A stretch of 48,759 nucleotides of DNA from Thermoplasmata archaeon (lineage in GTDB: Archaea; Thermoplasmatota; Thermoplasmata; RBG-16-68-12), in the NCBI GenBank assembly GCA_036514455.1, contig DATBXC010000186.1, positions 1 through 48,759 of the forward strand, given 5' to 3'. The translations under genes were made by a program, and so were the position numbers. Within the stretch, counting starts at the first letter, position 1. Each line of letters begins with the position of its first letter. The notes beneath the pieces are model-generated. The model saw nothing but the letters and a program-made list of their open reading frames with translations, was not told the DNA's origin and ran no database searches. Shown in pieces: positions 34,332-45,207 of this stretch.

Positions 34332-36165
34332 GATCATCGGGATCGACCTCGGGACGACGAACTCCGAGGCCGCGTACATGGAAGGGGGAACGCCGAAGAT
34401 CATCCCGAGCGCGGAGGGCTCGACGTACGGGGGCAAGATGTTCCCGTCCGTGATCGCGTTCACGAAGGACGGGCAGATCCTCGTCGGGGAGCCCGCGAAG
34501 CGCCAGGCCGTCCTGAACCCCGAGCGCACGGTGATGCAGATCAAGCGCAAGATGGGGACGGACCACAGGGTCACAATCGAGAACAAGTCGTACACCCCCC
34601 AGGAGCTCAGCGCGATGGTCCTCCGGAAGATCAAGACGGACGCGGAAGCGTTCCTCGGGGAGCCCATGAAGCAGGTTGTGATCACGGTGCCCGCGTACTT
34701 CAACGACAACCAGCGTCAGGCGACGCGGGACTCGGGGCGGATCGCCGGACTCGAGGTCCTGCGGCTCGTGAACGAGCCGACCGCGGCCGCCCTCGCGTAC
34801 GGCCTGGACAAGAAGGGGGAGGGAAAGATATGCGTCCTCGACCTCGGCGGCGGGACCTTCGACGTCACCCTGATGGAGATGGGCGAGGGCGTGTTCGAGG
34901 TCGTCTCGACGAGCGGGGACACGGCGCTCGGCGGGATGGACATGGACGCGAACCTGATCAACTGGCTCGTCTCCGAGTTCCGCCAGGAGCACGGCGTCGA
35001 CCTCTCGAAAGACCGCCAGGCCCAGCAGCGGATCCGGGACGCGGCGGAGAAGGCGAAGATCGAGCTGTCCAGCACCCTTGAGACGACGATCAACCTGCCG
35101 TTCATCGCGCAGAAGGGGGACAAGCCCCTGCACTTGGAGAAGCGCTTCACCCGCGCCAAGCTCGAGGAACTGATTGAGCCCGTGCTCGCCCGCCTCGAGG
35201 GACCAATCAAGCAGGCGTTCAAGGACGCCGGCTGGAACTCGTCCGATGTGAACCACATCATCCTGGTCGGCGGCCCGACCCGGATGCCCGTCGTGCGGGA
35301 GCGGTTCGAGAAGATCCTTGGCCGGAAGGCGGAGCGGGGGGTCGACCCGATGCAGTGCGTCGCCCTCGGCGCCGCAATCCAGGGCGGAATCCTGAGCGGC
35401 GAGGTAAAGGACATCCTGCTCCTCGACGTGACGCCGTTGTCGCTGGGCGTCGAGACCCTCGGCCAGGTGTTCCACAAGCTCATCGAGCGGAACACGACGA
35501 TCCCGACCCGCAAGTCAGAGGTCTTCACGACCGCCGCGGACGGCCAGTCGACGGTCGAGGTCCACGTCCTCCAGGGCGAGCGGGCGATGGCCACGGACGA
35601 CATCAGCCTGGGGAAGTTCTACCTGAGCGGGCTGCCGCCCGCCCCCCGCGGGATGCCCCAGATCGAGGTCACGTTCGACATCGACGCGAGCGGGATCCTC
35701 ACCGTGACCGCGACGGACAAGGGCACGGGGAAGTCCGAGAAGCTGACGATTATGGCCCCGCAGCGGTTGTCGAAGGACCAGATTGACCGGGCCATGCACG
35801 ACGCCGAATCCCACGCGGAGGAGGACCGCCGACGGAAGGAGCTCGTCGAAACGAGGAACCAGGCGGACGCCCTAATCTACGAGACGGAGAAGATCCTCCG
35901 GGAGCTGGGCGACAAGGTCTCGGAGGCCACACGGAAGTCCGTCCAGGAGAAGGTCGAGGACCTTCGAAAGGTCCTAGACGCGAAGGACGTCCAGACGCTG
36001 CGGCGGGCCCTGGAGGCCCTGAAAGCGGAGGCCCAGAAGATCGGGGCGGAGATCTACCAGAGGGGCCAGGCGACGGCCCCGTCCCCTCCCCCGGGCGACC
36101 AGGGCTCCCCCCCGGACTCCGGCGAGAAGGTCGTGGACGCGGATTACGAAGACGTGGACAAGTGA
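34324..36165 (+). CDS. dnaK: Hsp70 chaperone DnaK
   Basis: Motifs [19 protein letters not shown] and [13 protein letters not shown] 34324 overlaps the grpE stop by 8 nt. AGGTGA lies upstream. Confidence 0.95.
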   Translation: MPKIIGIDLGTTNSEAAYMEGGTPKIIPSAEGSTYGGKMFPSVIAFTKDGQILVGEPAKRQAVLNPERTVMQIKRKMGTDHRVTIENKSYTPQELSAMVLRKIKTDAEAFLGEPMKQVVITVPAYFNDNQRQATRDSGRIAGLEVLRLVNEPTAAALAYGLDKKGEGKICVLDLGGGTFDVTLMEMGEGVFEVVSTSGDTALGGMDMDANLINWLVSEFRQEHGVDLSKDRQAQQRIRDAAEKAKIELSSTLETTINLPFIAQKGDKPLHLEKRFTRAKLEELIEPVLARLEGPIKQAFKDAGWNSSDVNHIILVGGPTRMPVVRERFEKILGRKAERGVDPMQCVALGAAIQGGILSGEVKDILLLDVTPLSLGVETLGQVFHKLIERNTTIPTRKSEVFTTAADGQSTVEVHVLQGERAMATDDISLGKFYLSGLPPAPRGMPQIEVTFDIDASGILTVTATDKGTGKSEKLTIMAPQRLSKDQIDRAMHDAESHAEEDRRRKELVETRNQADALIYETEKILRELGDKVSEATRKSVQEKVEDLRKVLDAKDVQTLRRALEALKAEAQKIGAEIYQRGQATAPSPPPGDQGSPPDSGEKVVDADYEDVDK

Positions 36166-36174
36166 AAAGCCTAA

Positions 36175-37374
<1,200 letters not shown>

Positions 37375-37506
37375 CTACGGGAAGGGTAGGCCCGCCAGGA
37401 TCGACACGGCCTTGAACAGCGCGTAGAACCCGAGGATGCCGGCCGCCACGATCAGGATGATCACCGCGTCCCGGGCGACGGACGGGCGCGCCTCGACCTG
37501 CTTCAC
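37375..37506 (-). CDS. possible 43-aa single-TM micro-protein
   Basis: A GTG-started ORF missing from the track because it is shorter than 60 aa: VKQVEARPSVARDAVIILIVAAGILGFYALFKAVSILAGLPFP. GC3-rich codons. Its stop codon directly abuts the dnaJ stop. Confidence 0.3.
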   Translation of the reverse strand: MKQVEARPSVARDAVIILIVAAGILGFYALFKAVSILAGLPFP

Positions 37507-37648
37507 GGGTTCCGCCAGACGCTCCCCTCGAACGGAGGGAGATTGGCGCGGAGGCTATGAATCCGTTATGATACGCTTATCGAATCCCATAATCACGGCC
37601 GGGACCACGCCAAACGTTTAGGCGGGCCGAGGCGATGCGTCGGTCCGG

Positions 37649-38392
37649 ATGCGGAAGGTGCTCGGCGTCCTCACGGAGGACTTCCGTCTGTACCACGACC
37701 TCGTCGCCGCCCTCCGGGCGCGGGACGTCCCGTTCGTGAGCCTCTCCTTCACCCGCCGGATCCCGGAGAACGTCGGGGCGATCGTCACGTCGCCGGCGGA
37801 GGCGGGCCGCATCCGGCGGCCGGACGTGATCGCGGTCGAGGACGTGCACACGGCGATCGCGAAGGCCCGCCAGGCTCTCCAGGGGAAGACCTCATGGGAC
37901 GAGCTCCTCGTGGGGATCGACCCGGGCGCGGAGCCGGGGGTCGCCTTCGTGGGGGACGGGAAGGTCCTCGACGCCCGGGTGGCGGGCTCCCCGGAGGAGG
38001 TCGCCGGCATCGTGCGGGACACCCTCCGCACGTTCCCCGCCCGGCGGCACCGAATCCGCGTCGGGCACGGGGACCCGACGAACCGAAACCGGACCCTGAA
38101 CGCGCTCGCGCGCGAGGGGTTGCCCGCGGAGATCGTCGACGAGGCGGGGACGACGGAGCGGACGGAGGAGCCGGACATCGACGCCGCGATCAAGATCGCG
38201 TTCGTCCCGGGCGTCCGCGCGACGCCGCCGTACGAGGTCGCCCCGACGCCCGGGGAGGTGCGGGAGATCCAGCGCCGGAGCCGGGTCACGAGCGACGGCG
38301 ACCTCACGATCTCGAAGGACCTCGCCTCCCGGGTCGCCCGCGGGGAGATCACGATCGACGAGGCGATCCGGAGGCAGCGGCGGCGGCCGTGA
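37649..38392 (+). CDS. RNase H-fold (RuvC/YqgF-like) nuclease-domain protein with SHOCT-like C-terminal peptide
   Basis: LLVGIDPGAEPGVAFV (first catalytic Asp context) and PDIDAAIKIAF (RuvC-like last motif). The tail is SRVARGEITIDEAIRRQ. Confidence 0.65.
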   Translation: MRKVLGVLTEDFRLYHDLVAALRARDVPFVSLSFTRRIPENVGAIVTSPAEAGRIRRPDVIAVEDVHTAIAKARQALQGKTSWDELLVGIDPGAEPGVAFVGDGKVLDARVAGSPEEVAGIVRDTLRTFPARRHRIRVGHGDPTNRNRTLNALAREGLPAEIVDEAGTTERTEEPDIDAAIKIAFVPGVRATPPYEVAPTPGEVREIQRRSRVTSDGDLTISKDLASRVARGEITIDEAIRRQRRRP

Positions 38393-38404
38393 GGGCGGGG
38401 CGGG

Positions 38405-38851
38405 TCACGGGCCCTTCACCCACTCGTAGCGGGCCTCGACCTCCTTCCGCTTCTTGAAGTACATCTCCTCGGCGATCTCGCCCGCCGCGAGCTTCGATTC
38501 CAGGTCCTCGAGCTCCCGCTCGAAGTCCTCCCGGAAGCTCGCCCGAAAGTCCTGCGCGGCCCGCTCCATGAGGGCGACAAGGTCCCCACCGCGCTTCGTC
38601 ACCCGGTACACGATGCGGGGCCGGCCCGTGGGCGGGAACACCGCGGACCGGTCGACGAGGCCCCAGTAGAAAAGCTCCGTGAGCTGCTTGTCCACGGCCT
38701 GGCGGTGGACCTTCATCTTCTTCGCGAGGTCCTCGGGGTGGTCGAACCCCTGCTGGAGGAGCTTGAGGATCTGGAGGCGGGTCGGGGTCGTGGCGATCCG
38801 GAGAACCTCGAGCGGGTCGTCCGCCACGCGCCGGCATGGCCCGGGCCCCAT
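38405..38851 (-). CDS. ArsR-like winged-HTH regulator with SHOCT-like C-terminal helix
   Basis: PTRLQILKLLQQGFDHPEDLAKKMKVHRQAVDKQL wHTH. C-terminus is LESKLAAGEIAEEMYFKKRKEV. The start may be GTG 38827, about 27 nt after a TTTGAA box. Confidence 0.8.
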   Translation of the reverse strand: MGPGPCRRVADDPLEVLRIATTPTRLQILKLLQQGFDHPEDLAKKMKVHRQAVDKQLTELFYWGLVDRSAVFPPTGRPRIVYRVTKRGGDLVALMERAAQDFRASFREDFERELEDLESKLAAGEIAEEMYFKKRKEVEARYEWVKGP

Positions 38852-38862
38852 TCAAACCTTCT

Positions 38863-38878
38863 TCAACCCCGGGGTTGA
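38863..38878. promoter_or_regulatory. 16-bp perfect palindrome TCAACCCCGGGGTTGA in the divergent regulator / bactofilin intergenic region
   Basis: Exact inverted repeat read directly from the sequence, 12 nt from the wHTH ORF start and about 80 nt before the micro-ORF. Confidence 0.45.
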
Positions 38879-38957
38879 CATTGTCCCCGCGCTCGTGGAG
38901 GCTTTCCTCCGCCCCCGTGAAGCTCGCCTAAATACGCCGGCGTCGTTGGAAAGCATC

Positions 38958-39050
38958 ATGTCCGGCAAGAAGTCGGTCCACAAGGAATACGAGGTCACGA
39001 TCTACCTCGACGCGGAGGTCCGCCAGCCCTTCAGCGTGGTGCTGCGATGA
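38958..39050 (+). CDS. possible 30-aa leader ORF translationally coupled (ATGA) to the bactofilin-like gene
   Basis: MSGKKSVHKEYEVTIYLDAEVRQPFSVVLR. Its TGA overlaps ATG 39047. A CTAAATAC box lies about 25 nt upstream. Confidence 0.3.
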   Translation: MSGKKSVHKEYEVTIYLDAEVRQPFSVVLR

Positions 39051-40132
39051 AGCGGGCGGAGGTCCTGCGCCGGCTCGAGGAGCGTCTCGCGCGGGGCGAG
39101 ATCTCCGAGGAGACGTACCTCGAGATCAAGGCCCGGTACGAGGCGGAGCCCGAGGAGCCCGAGCGGGAGGAGGTGCCGGGGAGCCACGCGGAGCACGCCC
39201 AGCACGCAGGCCACCCCGAGGACCTGGGCCTCCTCATCGAGCGCACGATCCGGGAGTCCGTGGAGCCCGCCCTGAGGAACATGCCGGACCTCGAGCGCAG
39301 GATTCGCGAGTCGGTCGCGCCAGCGATCGCCGGGATGCGCTTCGCGGACTTCGGCGAGGGCGTCCAGTCCCGGAACGGGTACGTGAAGATTGCGGGGTCC
39401 GGCGTCGTCACCGGGAACCCCGTGCGGGCCCGCGAGTTCAAGTCTGCGGGGTCTGGAAGGGTGGTCGGGGATCTCGAGGCGGACGTCGCGAAGTCCGCGG
39501 GGTCGTGCGTCTTCGAGGGGAGCGTCACCGCGCACGAGTTCCACACGGCCGGGACCGCGAGGGTCGGCGGCGGCCTCCGCGGGACGGAGGTCCACAGCTC
39601 CGGCGCCCTTTCCGTCGGCGGGGACGTCGAGGCCCGCGAGGTGCATGTCCGCGGGAGCCTGGACGTCGGCGGCCGGACCACCGCGGAGGAGTTCCACCTC
39701 TCCGGAGGCGGGAGGTTCGGAGGGCCGATCGAGTCCCGCGAAATCCAGATCGAGCTCGGCGGGGACGTGAGCGCGCCCGCCATCCACGGGACGGAGGTCG
39801 TCGTGCGTCGGCCCGGGGGCTTCTTCCGCGGCCGCTGCGAGCTCCGGACGGAGCGCATCGCGGCCCGCGAGGTGAGCGTTGAGTGCACGACGGCCGACCT
39901 CGTCGTGGGCGAGGAGGTCGTGATCGGCCCGCACTGCCGGATCGGGGTCGTCGAGGCCCGCGAGCTCACGGTCCACGAGTCCTCCGAGGTCAAGGAGCGG
40001 AGGGCCCTCACGCATCGGCCCGATTCCTATCAAGCGGGGCGCGCCGGAAGTGCCGGAGTTCCTCCTTCGCCGCCTCCCGCGGCCCCGCCATCCCCGCCCG
40101 CGCCGCCGGCGCCCTCGCGTCCACCGGAATAG
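39047..40132 (+). CDS. SHOCT-domain + bactofilin-like (polymer-forming beta-helix) protein with Pro-rich tail
   Basis: N-terminus is LRRLEERLARGEISEETYLEIKARY (SHOCT). The central part has degenerate repeats (G.G.V.G.LEADV.., GSV.A.EFH.., GGDVEAREVHV.., GRTTAEEFHL..) typical of bactofilin/DUF583. The tail is PPSPPPAAPPSPPAPPAPSRPPE. Confidence 0.75.
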   Translation: MKRAEVLRRLEERLARGEISEETYLEIKARYEAEPEEPEREEVPGSHAEHAQHAGHPEDLGLLIERTIRESVEPALRNMPDLERRIRESVAPAIAGMRFADFGEGVQSRNGYVKIAGSGVVTGNPVRAREFKSAGSGRVVGDLEADVAKSAGSCVFEGSVTAHEFHTAGTARVGGGLRGTEVHSSGALSVGGDVEAREVHVRGSLDVGGRTTAEEFHLSGGGRFGGPIESREIQIELGGDVSAPAIHGTEVVVRRPGGFFRGRCELRTERIAAREVSVECTTADLVVGEEVVIGPHCRIGVVEARELTVHESSEVKERRALTHRPDSYQAGRAGSAGVPPSPPPAAPPSPPAPPAPSRPPE

Positions 40133-40161
40133 CCGCGACGTAATACCTATTGCGTGGACAC

Positions 40162-40169
40162 TTTTATAT
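40162..40169 (+). promoter_or_regulatory. TATA box (TTTTATAT) of cdc48
   Basis: Lies 22 nt upstream of GTG 40192, so the gene looks leaderless. Confidence 0.5.
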
Positions 40170-40191
40170 GGTCCCGAGGGATTGAAAGCGC

Positions 40192-42414
40192 GTGCCCGAA
40201 AGGGTCGTTCTCAAGGTTGCGGAAGCGCCGCAGTCCGACGTCGGTCTGGGCCGCGCGCGGGTGGACACGAAGACCCGCATGGCGCTCGGCGTCGACGTGG
40301 GCGAGATTATCGAGATCATCGGGAAGAAGTCCACCGCCGCGAAGCTGTTCCGCGTGATGCAGGAGGACGAGGGGAAGGGCATCGTCCGCATCGACGGGCT
40401 CGTCCGCCGGAACGTGGGCGTCTCGATCGGGGACAAGGTCGAGGTGCGCAAGGCGGAGGTGTTCCCCGCGGAGCGCGTGACGATCGCGCCGATCATCTCG
40501 GAGGGCCACAAGATCTCCTTCGGGCAGGGGATCGAGAACTTCGTGAAGCGCGGGCTCCTGAAGCGCCCGCTCACGAAGGGGGACGTCGTAATCGTCCCGG
40601 GCATCGCGCTGATGGGCGGCGCGCTCCCGTTCATGGTCATCAAGGTGATGCCGAAGGGGGTCGTCCAGATCGTGGACGACTCGATCATCGAGATGAAGGA
40701 GGAGCCCGTCCGCGAGGGCGAGGTCCTCACGCCGACGGTCACGTACGAGGACATCGGCGGGCTCAAGGAGGAGCTCCGCAAGGTGCGGGAGATGATCGAG
40801 CTCCCGCTGAAGCACGCGGAGCTGTTCGAGCGGCTCGGGATCGACCCGCCGAAGGGCGTACTCCTGTTCGGCCCGCCCGGGACGGGCAAGACCCTCATCG
40901 CGAAGGCGGTCGCGAACGAGGCGGGCGCGAACTTCTACTCGATCCAGGGCCCGGAGATTATGTCGAAGTACTACGGGCAGTCCGAGGAGCGGCTCCGGGA
41001 GAAGTTCGAGGAGGCCCAGAAGAACGCGCCCTCGATCCTGTTCATCGATGAGCTCGACTCCATCGCGCCGCGGCGGGAGGAGGTCACGGGCGAGGTGGAG
41101 CGCCGCGTCGTCGCGCAGCTCCTCACCCTGATGGACGGGCTCACGGGGCGTGGCCAGGTGATTGTCATCGGCGCGACGAACCGCGACGAGGCGATCGACC
41201 CCGCGCTCCGGCGGCCCGGCCGGTTCGACCGGGAGATCGAGATTGGCGTGCCGGACCGACTCGGGCGGAAGGAGATCCTCCAGATCCACGCCCGGGGGAT
41301 GCCAATCGAGGGGACGGAGGAGGAGCGGGACGGCCTCCTCACGGACCTCGCGAACGTGACCCACGGGTTCGTGGGCGCGGACCTGGCGGCCCTCGCGCGG
41401 GAGGCCGCGATGAAGGCCCTGCGGCGGTACCTCCCGGACATCGACCTCGAGAAGCCCATCCCGCCCGAGGTGCTCGAACGGATGCGGGTCCTCGGGGAGG
41501 ACTTCAAGGGCGCCCTGAAGGAGGTCGAACCGAGCGCGATGCGGGAGGTCCTCGTGGAGGTCCCGAGGGTCACGTGGGGCGATGTCGGGGGCCTCGAGGA
41601 CGTGAAGATGAAGCTCCGGGAGGCCGTCGAGATGCCCCTGAAAGACCCGGACGCGTTCAAGCGGATGGGCATCCGCCCGCCCCGCGGGATCCTGCTGTAC
41701 GGCCCGCCCGGCACGGGGAAGACGCTCCTTGCGAAGGCGGTCGCCACGGAGTCCGAGGCGAACTTCATCTCAATCAAGGGCCCGGAGGTCATGTCGAAGT
41801 GGGTCGGGGAGTCGGAGAAGGCCGTCCGGATGATTTTCAAGAAGGCGAAGCAGGTCGCGCCGTGCATCGTGTTCCTCGACGAGATCGACGCGATCGCCCA
41901 CCGTCGAGGTCTCGACACGGACAGCGGGGTGAGCGAGCGGGTCGTGAACCAGCTCCTCACGAGCCTGGACGGGCTGGAGACCATGGAGGGCGTGGTCGTG
42001 ATCGCGGCGACGAACCGCCCGGACATGGTCGACACGGCCCTCCTGCGGACGGGGCGGTACGACCGGCTCATCCTCGTCCCCGTGCCGGACAAGGACGCCC
42101 GCCTCGAGATCCTGAAGGTCCACACGAAGGAGATGCCCCTGGAGGGCGTCGACCTCGAGGAGATCGCGGTCGAGCTCGAGGGCTACACGGGCGCGGACAT
42201 CGAGGGCGTCTGCCGGGAGGCGGCGATGATCGCCCTGCGGGAGAACCGGAACGCGAAGAAGGTCACGATGGCCCACTTCCAGGGGGGGATGAAGGCGGTC
42301 CGACCGTCCATCGACGAGGAGACGATGAAGTTCTACGAGCGGATCGGGCGTGACCTCGAGAAGGGCCTCGCGAAGCGGCAGAAGGAGGAGCTGGCCCTCG
42401 GGTACTTCCGCTGA
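40192..42414 (+). CDS. cdc48: CDC48/VCP-like AAA+ ATPase
   Basis: N-domain (LKVAEA...GRARVD), two AAA modules each with GPPGTGKT and DE(L/I)D Walker B motifs. 740 aa. Confidence 0.95.
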   Translation: MPERVVLKVAEAPQSDVGLGRARVDTKTRMALGVDVGEIIEIIGKKSTAAKLFRVMQEDEGKGIVRIDGLVRRNVGVSIGDKVEVRKAEVFPAERVTIAPIISEGHKISFGQGIENFVKRGLLKRPLTKGDVVIVPGIALMGGALPFMVIKVMPKGVVQIVDDSIIEMKEEPVREGEVLTPTVTYEDIGGLKEELRKVREMIELPLKHAELFERLGIDPPKGVLLFGPPGTGKTLIAKAVANEAGANFYSIQGPEIMSKYYGQSEERLREKFEEAQKNAPSILFIDELDSIAPRREEVTGEVERRVVAQLLTLMDGLTGRGQVIVIGATNRDEAIDPALRRPGRFDREIEIGVPDRLGRKEILQIHARGMPIEGTEEERDGLLTDLANVTHGFVGADLAALAREAAMKALRRYLPDIDLEKPIPPEVLERMRVLGEDFKGALKEVEPSAMREVLVEVPRVTWGDVGGLEDVKMKLREAVEMPLKDPDAFKRMGIRPPRGILLYGPPGTGKTLLAKAVATESEANFISIKGPEVMSKWVGESEKAVRMIFKKAKQVAPCIVFLDEIDAIAHRRGLDTDSGVSERVVNQLLTSLDGLETMEGVVVIAATNRPDMVDTALLRTGRYDRLILVPVPDKDARLEILKVHTKEMPLEGVDLEEIAVELEGYTGADIEGVCREAAMIALRENRNAKKVTMAHFQGGMKAVRPSIDEETMKFYERIGRDLEKGLAKRQKEELALGYFR

Positions 42415-42504
42415 GGCGGCCGCCCGCGGAACTGATATTCACGGGTGATTCTGGGCCCGGAAGTCGTTTCTACCCGGGGGGGCGGTGGCCCGCCGGGTGG
42501 ACCC

Positions 42505-43143
42505 ATGAATGCCATCCGTGCCTATGCGGACCGTGTGCGTGCCCTCGGCTGGCCCCTCCTCGTGACGGGGCTCGCCGTGCTCCTCGGACTCGTCGCCCTC
42601 TCCCAGCCCGTCTGGGTCTACGAGCGGCGGACGCCGGGTGGGGACGTCGACCGCTCGACGTTCGGCTGGACGATGGTCGTCGAGGAACAGTGGGATAACG
42701 GGGTCTGGTCGAGCACGACCTGGATCCCCTACTCGAATCCCAACTTCCCCGACCTCCGGGTCCGGGACGTGGTCGGGACCTCGTACCTGATGGGCGTCCT
42801 CGCCCTGATCTCCCTCGTCGTCCTCGGTGGGCTCCAGTACCTGTCCCGTACCCGCCGCATCCACCCGCTCGTGTTCCTGGTGGCGGGCGGGATGGCCCTC
42901 GGGTTCTGCGCCTTCGCGATCCTGTACCCGATGCTCGCGATCCCGCCCGCCGCAGCCCTCGACATGAACGGCGCGATCGCGGGCTTCTCGGGCACCGCCC
43001 CCGGTCCGGGGAACCAGGTGTACGCCTGGGGAGCGGGGGCCTCGTGGTGGCTGTGGATCGCCTCCACGCTGCTGACCCTCGTCGTGTTCGTGGTGCCCCT
43101 GGCCCAGCGCCGGTCGTGGAGCCGCCCGCACCCCGCGCACTAG
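42505..43143 (+). CDS. hypothetical 4-TM membrane protein
   Basis: ATG 42505. Four hydrophobic segments with a Trp-rich extracytoplasmic loop. No family recognised. Confidence 0.65.
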   Translation: MNAIRAYADRVRALGWPLLVTGLAVLLGLVALSQPVWVYERRTPGGDVDRSTFGWTMVVEEQWDNGVWSSTTWIPYSNPNFPDLRVRDVVGTSYLMGVLALISLVVLGGLQYLSRTRRIHPLVFLVAGGMALGFCAFAILYPMLAIPPAAALDMNGAIAGFSGTAPGPGNQVYAWGAGASWWLWIASTLLTLVVFVVPLAQRRSWSRPHPAH

Positions 43144-43240
43144 GGCGGCCCGCCGCGATCCCGTCCCCGTGGCGCTGCGACAAATAAGCTAAATAGGCGT
43201 GCCACGGATTACGCAGCAGCGTCAGAAGGGACGTGATGGG

Positions 43241-43489
43241 ATGAAGAAATTCGCTACCGAGCTCAGAGGGAAGACCGTCATGACGAACGACGGCCAGATC
43301 CTCGGGATGATCGAGAACTTCATCCTGGACACCCGCTCCGGGAAGGTCCAGGACGTGCTCGTGATCCCCGCCGAGGAGATTGAGCCGCGGCTGTTCAAGA
43401 TGGACGCGCAGGGTCGCATCATCCTCCCCTTCCAGGGGATGAAGGCGATCAAGGACGTCGTCGTAATGAACGTGGGCCCGCAGCCCTGA
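43241..43489 (+). CDS. PRC-barrel domain protein
   Basis: ATG 43241 follows an AAATAAGCTAAATAGG box. LRGKTVMTNDGQILGMIENFILDTRSGKVQDVLV is typical of archaeal PRC barrels. Confidence 0.8.
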   Translation: MKKFATELRGKTVMTNDGQILGMIENFILDTRSGKVQDVLVIPAEEIEPRLFKMDAQGRIILPFQGMKAIKDVVVMNVGPQP

Positions 43490-43716
43490 GGCCCGCGGTC
43501 AGCGCTTCGACCCCAGCAGCTCCACCGCCCTCCGCATCGCCTCCGGATCGTCGAGCAGCGCCGCGAGCACCGCCTCGAGGAGCGCCTCCGTGTTCCAGAT
43601 GTCGACCATGAGGTCGGCGTCCCTGTGCGCGTTCCATTCGACGGAGACGATCCTCAGGCGGAATCACCCGGGAAATGGAAGGGGGACGCCCGTGAGGGCG
43701 TCCTTCATGCCCGCGG

Positions 43717-45207
43717 CTACTTCACGATGTCCTTGAGCTTGCCCGCGAGCTCCGACATGTCCATGCCGGTCAGGCTCTTCACGAGGGCCGGCGCCGTCGC
43801 GGCGATGTCCACGATGCTCGTCACGAGCTGGGACGGCCCGCGCTCGCCCATGATGATGAGCTTCTCCGTCGTCTCGAGGGACCTCGCGGCGTTCGCGACG
43901 ATCTCGGGCAGCTTCTCCACGATCATCTGCGTGATCGCGGCCTTGCCGTACTGCTCCCAGGCCTGGGCCTTCGCCGTCATCGCCTGTGCCTCGGCGAGCC
44001 CCGTCGCCTTGATCGCGTACGCGTTGGCCTCGCCCTTCAGGCGGATGATGTCCGCCTCCGCGGTCCCCTCCTGGCGGATCCGCTCGGCCTCGCCCTGGGC
44101 GACGCGCGAGAGCCGCTCCTTCTCGCCCTCCGCGACGAGGATCGCGCGCTCCTTCTCTCCTTCGGCGGTGATGATCAGCTTCCGCTTCTCGCCGTCCGCC
44201 ACCGCGGCCACAGCGTCCGCCCCCGCCTTCGCGGGGACGACCTGCTCCGCGGTCTGCTCCTGCGATCGTCGGAGGACCTCCTGTTGCTGGACGAGGACCT
44301 CCTGTTCCTTCTTGCGGATGTCGATCTTCGTCTGTTCGACGATCAGCTCCTGGGTCCGGCGGGCCGTCTGCATCTGGAACGCGATCTCCCGGTTCGACCG
44401 CTCCGTCTCGACCTCGGACTCCGCCTTGAAGCGGATCACGTCGCGGTCCCTGTGGTACTGCGCGACCTGGGCCTCGGCGTCCGCGTTCGCCTTCTCCCCC
44501 TGCTGGGCGGCGATGGCCTCCGCGATCGTGGCCTCTCGGTTCGCGTTCGCCTTCCCGATGCGGGCGTCCCTCTTGACCTCCTCCGTCCGCTTCACGCCGA
44601 GGGCGTCGAGGTAGCCGTGCTCGTCCTCAATCTCCTTGATCACGAACGAGCGGATCTCGATGCCCATGTTCTTGAGGTCCTCGCCCGCCATCGTGAGGAT
44701 GCGGGAGGCGAGCGCGTCCCGGTCGGTGTTAATCTGCTCGATCGTCAGGGTCGCGCAGACGCCACGGACGTGGCCCTCCAGGGTCTTCAGGGCGATCTCG
44801 TTGATCTCGATGTCGGACTTGTGGAGGAGCTGGCTTGCGGCGGTCCGTAGGACGTCGGGGTCGTCGGAGATCCGGACCTGCCCGACCGCCTTGATGTTCA
44901 CCTTGGCGCCGCTCCCCACGACGTTCGTCACGATCTCGTTCACGATGACGTCCAGCGTCCGTATGCCCAACGGGAGGAACCGATAGCTCTCGACGATCGG
45001 GATGATGAACTTCCCGCCGCCGGTCCACACTTCGTACCCCCGGCCCTTCGCGTATTCCCTCCCGTACAGGATCATCGCCGCGTCCGGCGGGACCTTCTTG
45101 TAGCGGTTGGCGTACACCGCAACGATGGCCACGAAGATCAGTGCGATCAGTACGCTCACGCCCACGATGAGTTCCAGCTCTACCATCTCTTCGACCTCCC
45201 CACTCAC
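43717..45207 (-). CDS. flotillin / SPFH (band 7) protein, YqiK-like
   Basis: N-terminal TM, SPFH domain, then a long Ala/Glu-rich coiled coil (AEAQVAQYHRDR..., GEKERAILVAEGEKERL...). The GTG start overlaps the NfeD stop (GTGA). Confidence 0.9.
   Translation of the reverse strand: MSGEVEEMVELELIVGVSVLIALIFVAIVAVYANRYKKVPPDAAMILYGREYAKGRGYEVWTGGGKFIIPIVESYRFLPLGIRTLDVIVNEIVTNVVGSGAKVNIKAVGQVRISDDPDVLRTAASQLLHKSDIEINEIALKTLEGHVRGVCATLTIEQINTDRDALASRILTMAGEDLKNMGIEIRSFVIKEIEDEHGYLDALGVKRTEEVKRDARIGKANANREATIAEAIAAQQGEKANADAEAQVAQYHRDRDVIRFKAESEVETERSNREIAFQMQTARRTQELIVEQTKIDIRKKEQEVLVQQQEVLRRSQEQTAEQVVPAKAGADAVAAVADGEKRKLIITAEGEKERAILVAEGEKERLSRVAQGEAERIRQEGTAEADIIRLKGEANAYAIKATGLAEAQAMTAKAQAWEQYGKAAITQMIVEKLPEIVANAARSLETTEKLIIMGERGPSQLVTSIVDIAATAPALVKSLTGMDMSELAGKLKDIVK

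Noticed and set aside
32073-34709. 878-aa minus-strand ORF spanning the thermosome, grpE and the start of dnaK
   Set aside because: It lies antisense to three unmistakable chaperone genes. Its composition is Arg/Leu/Asp/Val-rich with no motifs. It is a GC-driven open frame.
37507-37648. C/D-box sRNA or other small RNA in the dnaJ-downstream gap (also searched in 5862-6097 and 21430-21709)
   Set aside because: I found only imperfect C-box-like strings (TATGATAC, GATGACGA), with no properly spaced CTGA D box or terminal stem. Nothing folds by eye into a tRNA-like or other recognisable RNA. A covariance-model scan is needed for a definitive answer.
43499-43609. 36-aa minus-strand ORF (MVDIWNTEALLEAVLAALLDDPEAMRRAVELLGSKR) downstream of the flotillin gene, and the overlapping 72-aa track ORF 43449..43667
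   Set aside because: It is too short, has no RBS or TATA that I could see, and shows no family resemblance. The 72-aa ORF is Arg/Gly/Ala low-complexity sequence. I kept it only as a note, since a small fourth operon member cannot be excluded without expression data.
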